Shown piece by piece: positions 49,391-58,507 of a stretch of 64,000 nt of DNA (position 1 is its first letter; every line of letters begins with the position of its first letter). Location of the stretch: positions 1-64,000 of IMG/VR virus record IMGVR_UViG_3300023179_000077; one strand, written 5' to 3'. The notes below the pieces were generated by a model, which ran no database searches, was not told the origin of the DNA, and saw only the letters and a program-made list of their open reading frames with translations. Source of the DNA: a virus. Both the position numbers and the translations under genes were made by a program.

Positions 49391-51109
49391 ATGGCAGAAA
49401 AAATCATTTCGCCTGGTGTGTTTCAAAACGAAACTGACCAGTCTCTAGTGCAGCGGGGTATTCAAGGAACAGCAACTGCACTTGTTGGCCCTACAGTATT
49501 AGGCCAGCCCTTTGTTCCTACTTATGTTACTTCATATAGTGAATATGTAGCTAAATTTGGTGAATCATTTAAAAGCGGTAGCTACTACTATGAATATTTT
49601 ACATCATTAGCTGCTAAAGATTTCTTTCAAAACGGCGGTCAAACATTACTTGTAACTAGAATTGTTAGTGGTTCTGCTGGTCTTGGTACTTATTCACAAG
49701 CTACAGTTCCTGGAGTAGTTGATGCTTCTTCATTTGTAATTGAAACATTAGCTTGGGGTGATATCATGAATAATACTTCTAGTATATCAAGTGGTGCTTT
49801 AGCAAGCGGCAGTAACACTAACGTTCGCTGGGAAGTAACAAATGTAAGTACCGGTAGTGGTATATTTACTTTAGCTGTTCGCGCTGGTAATGATAATACA
49901 GCTCAACCTAATTATTTAGAAACATGGGCTAACTTATCATTAGACCCAGCATTACCTAACTTTATTTCTCGCGTTATAGGTGATATTAAGCCTGTATTCA
50001 CAATTGATAGTGATGGTAATTATATAGTTGATACTACAGGTTCATATAGCAATGCTTCAAGATACATACGTGTTAAATCAGTAACTACACCTCAAGTAGA
50101 TTCTATTGATAATAACGGTAACTATAAAGCAACTCAATATAGTGGTTCATTACCTGCATTAGGAAGTGGTTCTTATGGTGGTTCATTTGCAGGAGGTGTA
50201 GCTGCAACTACTACTGCTCAATTAATGAATGAAACTATTACAACAAGTAACATTCAAGGATTTTCAGCTAACGACTATATTACAGCATTCCGTATCTTAA
50301 ATAACTCAGATGCTTATCAATTCAATGTATTGTTAGCTCCTGGTGTTGGTTTAAGTAATAGTGCGGTTTCAACTATGATTTCAACTGTTGAAGGTCGTGG
50401 TGATTCTATTGCTGTTGTAGATGCTGGTGTTTATGGTACTTCAATTGCATCCGCAAACGCAGCTGCTGCTGGCCAATCAAGTAATTATGCTGCTGCTTAC
50501 TATCCTTGGGTTCAATTATACAGTTCAGCTTTAGGTAAATCTGTATGGACTCCTCCATCAACAATAGTAGGTGGTGTTTATGCCTTTAATGATCAAGTTG
50601 CTGCTAGTTGGTTTGCTCCTGCAGGTTTAAACCGCGGTGGTGTTCCTTCAGTATTACGTGCTGAAAAGAGATTATCTCAAGCAGATCGCGATTCATTATA
50701 CTCAGCTAATGTTAACCCACTTGCTACATTCCCTGGTGAAGGTGTTGTAGTATATGGTCAGAAAACATTACAGAAAAAACAAACCGCCCTCGATCGTGTA
50801 AATGTTCGTCGTTTATTAATTGCATTAAAAGATTATATTGGTCAAGTATCAAACGGCTTAGTATTCGAACAAAATACTAATGTTACTCGTAACCGTTTCT
50901 TAGCTCAAGTAAATCCATATCTCGAATCAGTAGTACAACGTCAAGGTTTATATGCTTATAAGGTAGTAATGGATGATTCCAACAATACACCTGATGTAAT
51001 AGACCGCAACCAATTAGTAGGTCAGATCTATATCCAACCAACTAAGACCGCTGAATTTATTATATTGAATTTCAATATTCAACCAACTGGCGCTACATTC
51101 CCTGCATAA
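49391..51109 (+). CDS. Tail sheath protein (T4 gp18-like)
   Basis: ISPGVF..E.D, WFAPAGLNRG, VNPLATFPG.G.VVYGQKTL, DRVNVRRLL, FEQN, IQPTKTAEFI.LNF. Confidence 0.95.
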   Translation: MAEKIISPGVFQNETDQSLVQRGIQGTATALVGPTVLGQPFVPTYVTSYSEYVAKFGESFKSGSYYYEYFTSLAAKDFFQNGGQTLLVTRIVSGSAGLGTYSQATVPGVVDASSFVIETLAWGDIMNNTSSISSGALASGSNTNVRWEVTNVSTGSGIFTLAVRAGNDNTAQPNYLETWANLSLDPALPNFISRVIGDIKPVFTIDSDGNYIVDTTGSYSNASRYIRVKSVTTPQVDSIDNNGNYKATQYSGSLPALGSGSYGGSFAGGVAATTTAQLMNETITTSNIQGFSANDYITAFRILNNSDAYQFNVLLAPGVGLSNSAVSTMISTVEGRGDSIAVVDAGVYGTSIASANAAAAGQSSNYAAAYYPWVQLYSSALGKSVWTPPSTIVGGVYAFNDQVAASWFAPAGLNRGGVPSVLRAEKRLSQADRDSLYSANVNPLATFPGEGVVVYGQKTLQKKQTALDRVNVRRLLIALKDYIGQVSNGLVFEQNTNVTRNRFLAQVNPYLESVVQRQGLYAYKVVMDDSNNTPDVIDRNQLVGQIYIQPTKTAEFIILNFNIQPTGATFPA

Positions 51110-51120
51110 GGGAATGTAGT
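51092..51120 (+). other. Hairpin spanning the sheath stop codon
   Basis: GCTACATTCCC / GGGAATGTAGT stem, no strong T-tail. Confidence 0.5.
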
Positions 51121-51157
51121 TGCTAATATTTATTAACAGCAATTAAAATTAAATAAC

Positions 51158-51643
51158 ATGCCTGTACTAGACGCAAATGAAATTATGTTTACAGCGTTTG
51201 AACCTAAAGTTCAGAATCGCTTTATCATGTATATTGACGGTATTCCCGCATACTTGATTAAAGCTGCTTCTGCTCCTGGATTTGAAGCTGGTGAAATTAT
51301 ATTAGATCACATCAACGTTTACCGTAAAGTAAAAGGTAAAGTACGTTGGAATGATATGACTTTAAGTTTATATGATCCTGTAACTCCCTCTGGTGCTCAA
51401 GCTGTAATGGAATGGGCTCGTTTAGCACACGAATCAGTAACTGGTCGTGATGGCTATTCTGACTTCTATAAGAAAGACTTAACATTAGATATTTTAGGTC
51501 CTGTAGGTGATGTAGTAGGTGAGTGGATTGTTAAAGGTGCTTATTGTAAAACAGCAACTTTTGGTGAGTATGATTGGGCTAACGATGCTGCAATTAACTT
51601 ATCCGTTACAATCGCTATGGATTACTGCGTATTGAACTTCTAG
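51158..51643 (+). CDS. Tail tube protein (T4 gp19-like)
   Basis: EPK..NRF, W..MTL.LYDP, YKKDLTL..LGPVGD.V.EW; follows the sheath. Confidence 0.88.
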   Translation: MPVLDANEIMFTAFEPKVQNRFIMYIDGIPAYLIKAASAPGFEAGEIILDHINVYRKVKGKVRWNDMTLSLYDPVTPSGAQAVMEWARLAHESVTGRDGYSDFYKKDLTLDILGPVGDVVGEWIVKGAYCKTATFGEYDWANDAAINLSVTIAMDYCVLNF

Positions 51644-51670
51644 TTTCTCTATACTTCTTTCTTTTATAAA

Positions 51671-51695
51671 GGCGTCTGCTTTTGCAGACGCTTTT
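51671..51695 (+). terminator. Rho-independent terminator
   Basis: GGCGTCTGC-TTTT-GCAGACGCT plus T-run. Confidence 0.8.
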
Positions 51696-51738
51696 ACTTT
51701 TCATATATTTATATATATCAAACAACAAAAAACGTTAT

Positions 51739-52482
51739 ATGGCTGAATTAAAAATTCCAACAGAAACAGTTACATTACCCTCTAAAGGTTTACTTTATCC
51801 CGCTACATCACCATTAGCAAAAGGTGAAATTGAAATGAAGTATATGACAGCTAAAGAAGAAGATATTCTTACTAATGCTAACTATATTAAAAATGGCACA
51901 GTAATAGACAAATTATTACAAGCACTTATTATAACACCAATCGACTATAATGAATTATTAGTCGGTGATAAAAATGCTATTTTAATTGCTGCTCGTATTT
52001 TAGGTTATGGTAAAGACTATTCATTTGAATATAACGGAAGGCAATATACAGTAGATTTGTCTACATTACCTGATAAGCAAATAGATGAATTTTCATTTAA
52101 AGCAGGTGTAAATGAATTTACATTTACTTTACCTCACTCAAGTAATACAATAACTTTTAAACTTTTAACACACGGCGATGAACAAAAAATAGAAGCCGAA
52201 ATTAAAGGTATGCAAAAAATAAATCCAAATATTACTACAGACGTTACAACACGTTTAAAATATATTATTACTTCAGTTGAAGGTAAACGTGACCAAAAAG
52301 ATATTCGCGATTTCGTAGATAACTACTTAATTGCAAAAGATGCAAGAGCACTCCGTGAATACTACAATAAAGTATCTCCAGATATCGATTTAAAATACAA
52401 ACCAGATGATGAAGATTATGTTGGGGAGGGCATAAATATTCCTATTTCAATTAACTTTTTTTGGCCTGACGCCGGAATATAG
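51739..52482 (+). CDS. Tail/baseplate-hub assembly chaperone (T4 gp26-like)
   Basis: LPSKG..Y, MTAKEEDIL, GDKNAILIAARI..YG, ends NFFWP; start moved to ATG 51739. Confidence 0.75.
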   Translation: MAELKIPTETVTLPSKGLLYPATSPLAKGEIEMKYMTAKEEDILTNANYIKNGTVIDKLLQALIITPIDYNELLVGDKNAILIAARILGYGKDYSFEYNGRQYTVDLSTLPDKQIDEFSFKAGVNEFTFTLPHSSNTITFKLLTHGDEQKIEAEIKGMQKINPNITTDVTTRLKYIITSVEGKRDQKDIRDFVDNYLIAKDARALREYYNKVSPDIDLKYKPDDEDYVGEGINIPISINFFWPDAGI

Positions 52483-52738
52483 ATTATATGTTTTTTCTCA
52501 AATACATGAAATAGTATTTCATGGTAAAGGTGGGTATGATTGGAATACACTATATAATATGCCTATTTGGCTTCGTCGATTTACATTTGAAAAAATTAAA
52601 GAATTTTACGAAAAAGAACGTGAAGAAGCTGAAAAACAGCAAAACCTATTAAAGAATACATCAAGTAAAGAAATATCAAGACCAAACGTTACTCCTCCAA
52701 AACAACCAACATATATAACTAAAGCGCCCAAAAAGTAG
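52463..52738 (+). CDS. gp51-like chaperone extension, probably expressed by frameshift from the upstream gene (not in the ORF track)
   Basis: Frame reads GLTPEYRLYVFSQIHEIVFHGKGGYDWNTLYNMPIWLRRFTF..; no ATG until 52559; begins at a T7 run. Confidence 0.7.
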   Translation, partial: GLTPEYRLYVFSQIHEIVFHGKGGYDWNTLYNMPIWLRRFTFEKIKEFYEKEREEAEKQQNLLKNTSSKEISRPNVTPPKQPTYITKAPKK

Positions 52739-52746
52739 GGCGCTTT
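52721..52746 (+). terminator. Hairpin/terminator before tape measure gene
   Basis: AAAGCGCCC / GGGCGCTTT stem followed by ATATTTAT. Confidence 0.65.
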
Positions 52747-52773
52747 AATATTTATACGAAGTAACATTAAATT

Positions 52774-55656
52774 ATGGCAGTAACTCCAGATCCACAAGAC
52801 CAGGCAGAATTAAATAAGCTATATCAAGAATATATTAGACTATTAGAAATAGTTGATGGGAAAACTGCTGCTCAAGCTAAAATACAAGCAGATGCTGCTA
52901 AAGTAGCAGGAAATTTAACTAAAGAAGTAAATAGATTAAATAAAGAATTAGATAATACTTTATTTAAATCAGATTATTTATATCAATCTTTTAAAGAAAC
53001 AACAGCTGAATTAAAAAATCAAAATACTTTATTACAAGCCGGCAGATCTACATTTAAAGGGCTTACTGATATTGCATCTAATTTAAAATATTTTCAACAA
53101 GGAATTACAGATTTAAGTGATAAACAATTAAGAAAACAAAAACAAAAACTAGAATATAGTAAGGAAGAGTTAAAAAGTATAGTAGATAGATTATCTAATT
53201 CTAAAGGAGAATATAATAAAACAAATCAAATATTAAATTTAGAAAGAGTATTAACAACTTTAACTGGTGAAAGAAAAAAACGAGCTGAATTAATATTAGC
53301 TAGTTTAAAAAAAGAAGAACAAGTTTATCATACTTCTAAGAATGCTTTAGAAGAAATGCTTCCTGTATTAGAAAAAGAATTACAATTTTCTAAAGATATA
53401 TCTAAAGCTAGAGAATCTTTAGGAGGAATTACAACAGCGGCTGCAAAAACTATAAGTAAATATGGTGGTTCTTTATCTGAATTTTTAGATATAAATGAGT
53501 CAATAGAAGCTGTTGAAGAATATAATAGAAAAATTATAAACAATGCTCTAACAAGAGAAGATGTTTTAAAAAGTTTACATGAAAATGAATTAAAAAGAAT
53601 TAAATTAGAAGCAAAATTAGAAACAGCAACAGGAAGTGATAGAAAGAAAATACTTGAAGAAATAAATGCTTTAGAAGAAAAAAATCTAGCAATTAAACAA
53701 AACGCTGTTAAATCTACTGATACCTTATTAAATAAAATAAAAACATTAGGAGTATTCATACAAGGATTAGGACCTGGTCTTAAAAAAGCATTAACAGATC
53801 CAATAACATTAATTACTTTTTTTGTAACTAAAGCATTAGAAGCAAATACTCAAGCAGTAAATCTAGGAAAATCACTTGGAATTAGTGCTGAAGCTGCAAC
53901 AAAGTTAAGAGAAGAATCGGTAAAGTATGTTAATAATTCTAAAGATACATTTTTAACTGTAAAACGATTAGAACAAGCTCAATCTGATTTATCTGAAGAA
54001 TTAGGTATTGCTGTTCGCTTTGGTCAGAAAGAATTAGAAACTCAAGCTCGTTTAACAGAATTAACAGGTTTATCTGGTCAAGAAGCAGCTAAATTAAATA
54101 GAATTGCATCTGCTACAGGTACAACAACTGAAAAGTATGTAGGTAATTTGCGTAAAGCTGTATTTTTTGCTCAACAAGAAACTAAAACTCATTTTAATAG
54201 TCAAAAAATATTACAAGAAATATCTAAATTAAGTGCAGGTATATTAGTTAAGTTCCAAGGTAATCCTAAAGCATTAGCACAAGCTGTTGTTGAAGCTAAA
54301 AAATTAGGTACTAATTTAGATACAATAGATAAAATTGGTGATTCATTATTAGATTGGGAATCATCAATTCAAAATGAATTAGAAGCTGAATTACTAACTG
54401 GTAGAGAAATAAATTTAGAAAGAGCACGCGCCGCTGCTTTATCAGGAGATCAACTAGCATTAACTAGAGAAATATCAGATCAAGTTGGAACATTAGCTGA
54501 TTTTCAAAATTTAAATGTAATTGCTCAGACATCATTAGCAAAATCATTTGGATTAAGTAGAGAAGAAATGTCTGAAATGTTAATGCAACAAGAAGCTATT
54601 AATAAGTATGGAGATAAAGCTGCTAAATTAAATAAAGATCAGTTAGCAGATATGAAAAGACAAGGACTATCTGTTGATGAATATCTTACAAAACAAGAAC
54701 AACAACAAACTACTCAACAAAAAATTAATGATACTATAGCCCAATTACAAGAAAGTATAGGTAATTTAGTTGCTGGTCCTTTAGGTTCACTTATTAATTC
54801 ATTAGCTAAAGGTTTAGATATTATTAGTCAAATATGGAAATTTTTTGGAAAAATAGGTAGTGTAATTAAAGGATTTTTTGGAGATAAAATTGGAGGTATT
54901 TTAGGTGATGTTGCTTCTGTAGCTACAATAGGTGCTTTAATAGCATTAGTTACTAAGTCAATGTTAAAAGGCACTATCTTTAATCCAATGATTGTTGAGG
55001 ATGTTAGTTCTATTGGTGGAGGTGGTGGCAATAGTGGTGGAGGTGGTGGATTTAAAGGTGGTATAGGTAGAATTGGAAAAGCATTTAGCAAAGGCGGAAT
55101 GAAAGGTGGTGGTAAAGCAATAGGCAGAATACTTAGTAAAACATTAAAAGGAAATGCTCTTACAGCTTTAGTAATGGGTGGTATAGATGCTGTTACAAAT
55201 TTAAGTGAAGGAAAAGGTACAGGTGAATCTATAGGAAGAGCATTAATTACAGGATTAACATCACTTGGTGGGGGTGCTTTAGGGTCACTTATAGCACCAG
55301 GAGCTGGAACTATAGGTGGCGGCATTGCTGGTGGGATGTTAGGTGATAAAATTAGTGATTGGATTTTTGGTGATTCACAACCAGTACAAGATGGTATAGC
55401 GCCTTCAAATCAAGGACCATTTATTATTAGAAACAAATATGGTAAAACTGCAATAACAACTAAAGGTGATAGCTTAGCAGTATCACCTAATATCAATAAT
55501 GCTTCATTAAATCTTACACCAATGATTAATGCAATTAATGAAGTTAAAAATGCTATACTTAATCCACCTTCTTCTCAATTACAACCAATAAAACTTTATC
55601 TTGATAGTAAAGAAATAACAACAGCACAACAAAAATCATCACGAGGACCTATATAA
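52774..55656 (+). CDS. Tape measure protein
   Basis: Long helical Ala/Leu-rich protein after tube and chaperone; Gly-rich hydrophobic C-terminal part. Confidence 0.8.
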   Translation: MAVTPDPQDQAELNKLYQEYIRLLEIVDGKTAAQAKIQADAAKVAGNLTKEVNRLNKELDNTLFKSDYLYQSFKETTAELKNQNTLLQAGRSTFKGLTDIASNLKYFQQGITDLSDKQLRKQKQKLEYSKEELKSIVDRLSNSKGEYNKTNQILNLERVLTTLTGERKKRAELILASLKKEEQVYHTSKNALEEMLPVLEKELQFSKDISKARESLGGITTAAAKTISKYGGSLSEFLDINESIEAVEEYNRKIINNALTREDVLKSLHENELKRIKLEAKLETATGSDRKKILEEINALEEKNLAIKQNAVKSTDTLLNKIKTLGVFIQGLGPGLKKALTDPITLITFFVTKALEANTQAVNLGKSLGISAEAATKLREESVKYVNNSKDTFLTVKRLEQAQSDLSEELGIAVRFGQKELETQARLTELTGLSGQEAAKLNRIASATGTTTEKYVGNLRKAVFFAQQETKTHFNSQKILQEISKLSAGILVKFQGNPKALAQAVVEAKKLGTNLDTIDKIGDSLLDWESSIQNELEAELLTGREINLERARAAALSGDQLALTREISDQVGTLADFQNLNVIAQTSLAKSFGLSREEMSEMLMQQEAINKYGDKAAKLNKDQLADMKRQGLSVDEYLTKQEQQQTTQQKINDTIAQLQESIGNLVAGPLGSLINSLAKGLDIISQIWKFFGKIGSVIKGFFGDKIGGILGDVASVATIGALIALVTKSMLKGTIFNPMIVEDVSSIGGGGGNSGGGGGFKGGIGRIGKAFSKGGMKGGGKAIGRILSKTLKGNALTALVMGGIDAVTNLSEGKGTGESIGRALITGLTSLGGGALGSLIAPGAGTIGGGIAGGMLGDKISDWIFGDSQPVQDGIAPSNQGPFIIRNKYGKTAITTKGDSLAVSPNINNASLNLTPMINAINEVKNAILNPPSSQLQPIKLYLDSKEITTAQQKSSRGPI

Positions 55657-55695
55657 AACCAATATAATTAAATATTTATACTAAATATTAAAACT

Positions 55696-55998
55696 ATGCC
55701 ACTATTAGACAAATTACCAACTAGCACTTTAGGATTAGGAGGAAATAAACCACTATCCTTTGGAGTTAATCCTATTCCTCCTGGTTCATTGCATGATACT
55801 TATTCTGTAGATAGTAATCCAAATGTAACTTGGAGATTAATTAAGAGAAATTTACCAATGAAACCACAGCCATCTGTATTAGACGAGACTGATATTAATG
55901 CTCCTAATTTAAGACCTGTAGGTGTTGTATCACAAATATATAAATCTTCCACTGGTCGTAGATACAAAGATTTAGGTCCAAAAGAAGGACGTTATTAA
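55696..55998 (+). CDS. Hypothetical virion protein
   Basis: ORF preceded by ATATTTAT. Confidence 0.6.
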   Translation: MPLLDKLPTSTLGLGGNKPLSFGVNPIPPGSLHDTYSVDSNPNVTWRLIKRNLPMKPQPSVLDETDINAPNLRPVGVVSQIYKSSTGRRYKDLGPKEGRY

Positions 55999-56007
55999 TA
56001 TACATAA

Positions 56008-58188
56008 ATGCCACTTCTTGATTTAAAAACCGATTTAAAATCTCTTAAATACGGAAACGATCAACCAGGAGGAGGTAGTAGTGGCCAACCATATGTAACA
56101 ACTGATATTAATACAGTTGATACAGGATTTAACCGTTTTCGAATGACTAAATTCGATGATGGTCTAGTTCGAGGGGGTGTAGTTGGTGCCGCTAATGCTT
56201 CAATTGTTGATACTATTCGTGTAGGAAAATTTCTTAAGGACTTTCCAAAAGGTCCTTTATTTATTGTTAAACAAATAGGTTTACAATTATCTAATCCTAG
56301 ATTAGAAATAAAAAAATTAAAGACAGATAATCCTACCTCTGGCGGTGGATTATTAAGAAATGTAGGTAATTTTATTCTTAATACAGCAAATAAAATTCAA
56401 AATGCTGTAGGTCCTACTCGTATTTATAATTTAGGTATCAATACGCTTGCTCAAGTACCAATTAATGCTTTTGGTCAACATATAGTAAGACATGGTTTTA
56501 CTCCTAAACGCAATGATGATAATTTATATTTTAAAGTTGCTCAATATAATAATAATGAAGATAGTAATAGATTAACTCAATTAAGATCTATATTAGGTAA
56601 TACTAATGATATTGCTAATTATATTAGTGGTCCTTCATCTGTTTATGGTATTGGTAAAACAATTATTAGAAGAAGAGGTGATTTTCTTATAGTAAATCAA
56701 GATATAACTGAAAATGAATGGGCTATTAAAGGGGCTAAAGAAGCAGGAATATCATATAGATTAATAGGACATGAAGGGGGAACAAGAGATGGTTATATAG
56801 ATGCTAGTAGAAGAATAACAGATTTTACAGGAGTATCAAACCAAACAGGTTCAATTTTAGCTTCTAATTCTTTATTTTTTAAAGATAAAAAATCTATTCA
56901 ATCTGTATTTAACAGTAGAAGATATAATACTCCATTAGGATTAAACGAATACGATAAATTATCACAATATAGTGGAAGTAATACTTGGTTTCCCCAAAAT
57001 GGAGAACCAAGACGAGCTAGTTTACGAACTGATTTAGGAGTATCAAAACAATATTTTTCAGGATCAAATATTGGTTTACCTAATTTAGATATTACTACTT
57101 ATTCTCAAATAGTAACAACTAATCTTCCTATACAAGTAAATGGAAATAAAGTTACTTCTCTTCCTGTTGGAAATAAAGGAAAAATTTCTATTAAAAATGC
57201 TTCTTATCAAAAGTATAAAGATATAATTGATTCTAAAAAATTACGAGAAACAACTTATACTCTTGATGAAAATCAAATAAATGCTTTTGGAATATATGGT
57301 AATAGATTTCCTATAAAGGAAACTTTAGGAAATATTCTTCCAGACTCAACTCAACTTCCTGTTTATACTAATAAAGATAAAGTAGTAAAAATAAATATTC
57401 CATGGAATAAAGTTACTCGCGAAGAAAGAGTAGGTAGTGGACTACAAGATCAAATTAATTTAACACCTATATTTAATGCTACAGCAGGTACTCATATAGA
57501 TACTGTAAATATTTCTGGAATAGGAGAAAAAAATATAAATGATTTAGTTAAATTTAGAATTCAAGCATTAAATGGAGATAATCCTACACAGGCTAATTGG
57601 ATAATATTTAGAGCATATTTAACTCAATTTTCAGATAATACAGATGCTACTTGGAATCCAGTTAAATATGTTGGTAGAGGTGAAGATTTTTATATATACA
57701 ATGGATTTAGTAGAAAAATACAAATTGGTTTTAAAGTAGCAGCATTATCAGTTGAAGAAATGGAACCAATGTATCAAAAATTAAATTATTTAATGGGTAA
57801 TTTAATGCCTGATTATAAAGATAATTTATTAATGAGAGGTCCTTTAGTAAAAATGACTGTAGGTAATTGGCTTGATGGACAAGATGGTATATTAACTTCT
57901 CTTAATTATACAGTACCAAACGATTCACCTTGGGAAGTATCACTAAATACATTAAATGGTAATGAACTTTTAGAATTACCTCATATTATAGAAGTAAGTT
58001 TAGGGTTTACACCTATCGGTTCTCAAACTAAAGGTGTTAATAAAATATCTCAAAAATCTCAAACTACATCTCATATTGCTCAAAATTATAATGACTACCA
58101 ATACATAAAAACACGAGCAAGATCACAAGTAATAGTACCTTCTCCTGATAGAATTTCTGAAGAACAGTTTAATAATCCTTCATTTTAA
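56008..58188 (+). CDS. Baseplate / tube-initiator-like protein
   Basis: C-terminal FRAYL..FSD...W....YVGRGE.FY.Y.GFSR.I..FKV domain; position. Confidence 0.55.
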   Translation: MPLLDLKTDLKSLKYGNDQPGGGSSGQPYVTTDINTVDTGFNRFRMTKFDDGLVRGGVVGAANASIVDTIRVGKFLKDFPKGPLFIVKQIGLQLSNPRLEIKKLKTDNPTSGGGLLRNVGNFILNTANKIQNAVGPTRIYNLGINTLAQVPINAFGQHIVRHGFTPKRNDDNLYFKVAQYNNNEDSNRLTQLRSILGNTNDIANYISGPSSVYGIGKTIIRRRGDFLIVNQDITENEWAIKGAKEAGISYRLIGHEGGTRDGYIDASRRITDFTGVSNQTGSILASNSLFFKDKKSIQSVFNSRRYNTPLGLNEYDKLSQYSGSNTWFPQNGEPRRASLRTDLGVSKQYFSGSNIGLPNLDITTYSQIVTTNLPIQVNGNKVTSLPVGNKGKISIKNASYQKYKDIIDSKKLRETTYTLDENQINAFGIYGNRFPIKETLGNILPDSTQLPVYTNKDKVVKINIPWNKVTREERVGSGLQDQINLTPIFNATAGTHIDTVNISGIGEKNINDLVKFRIQALNGDNPTQANWIIFRAYLTQFSDNTDATWNPVKYVGRGEDFYIYNGFSRKIQIGFKVAALSVEEMEPMYQKLNYLMGNLMPDYKDNLLMRGPLVKMTVGNWLDGQDGILTSLNYTVPNDSPWEVSLNTLNGNELLELPHIIEVSLGFTPIGSQTKGVNKISQKSQTTSHIAQNYNDYQYIKTRARSQVIVPSPDRISEEQFNNPSF

Positions 58189-58194
58189 ATTATT

Positions 58195-58503
58195 ATGAAT
58201 CGCTACGATAACTCAACTATATTAACAATCCAATATACTAATCGTCCATATTATAAAGGAAAATTTTATCCTAATATTCCTTTATCAGAAAACGATGTGT
58301 ATGTTATTACTACAGTTGGTGATAGACTAGATTCATTAGCATATAGTTATTATCAAGATGTTAATTTATGGTGGATTATTGCCGCTGCTAATAATAATAT
58401 TACTAAAGGAGCATTATATCCAGCACCGGGTACTCAATTAAGAATACCAACAGATATTAATAATGTTCTTAAACAATTTAACCAATTTAATCAAGTAAGA
58501 TAA
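58195..58503 (+). CDS. LysM-like baseplate wedge protein (gp53 / tail X-like)
   Basis: GDRLDSLAY.YY.D..LWWIIA.AN..G..LRIP. Confidence 0.8.
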   Translation: MNRYDNSTILTIQYTNRPYYKGKFYPNIPLSENDVYVITTVGDRLDSLAYSYYQDVNLWWIIAAANNNITKGALYPAPGTQLRIPTDINNVLKQFNQFNQVR

Positions 58504-58507
58504 TGTT

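Noticed and set aside
19228-51738. Longer starts at 19228, 22152 and 51682 (also 3170)
   Set aside because: These extensions run through terminators, promoter motifs, structured leaders or the upstream gene; downstream ATGs at 19324, 22170, 51739 and 3188 have proper context
1981-55325. Minus-strand and nested ORFs in the track (e.g. 1981-2226, 19527-19844, 43023-43655, 53328-53759, 54828-55325)
   Set aside because: They are shadows of well-supported + strand genes, with low-complexity translations and no start context
530-55679. TATTTATA as T4 late promoters driving minus-strand genes
   Set aside because: No credible minus-strand genes lie downstream; the motif consistently sits just 5' of + strand starts
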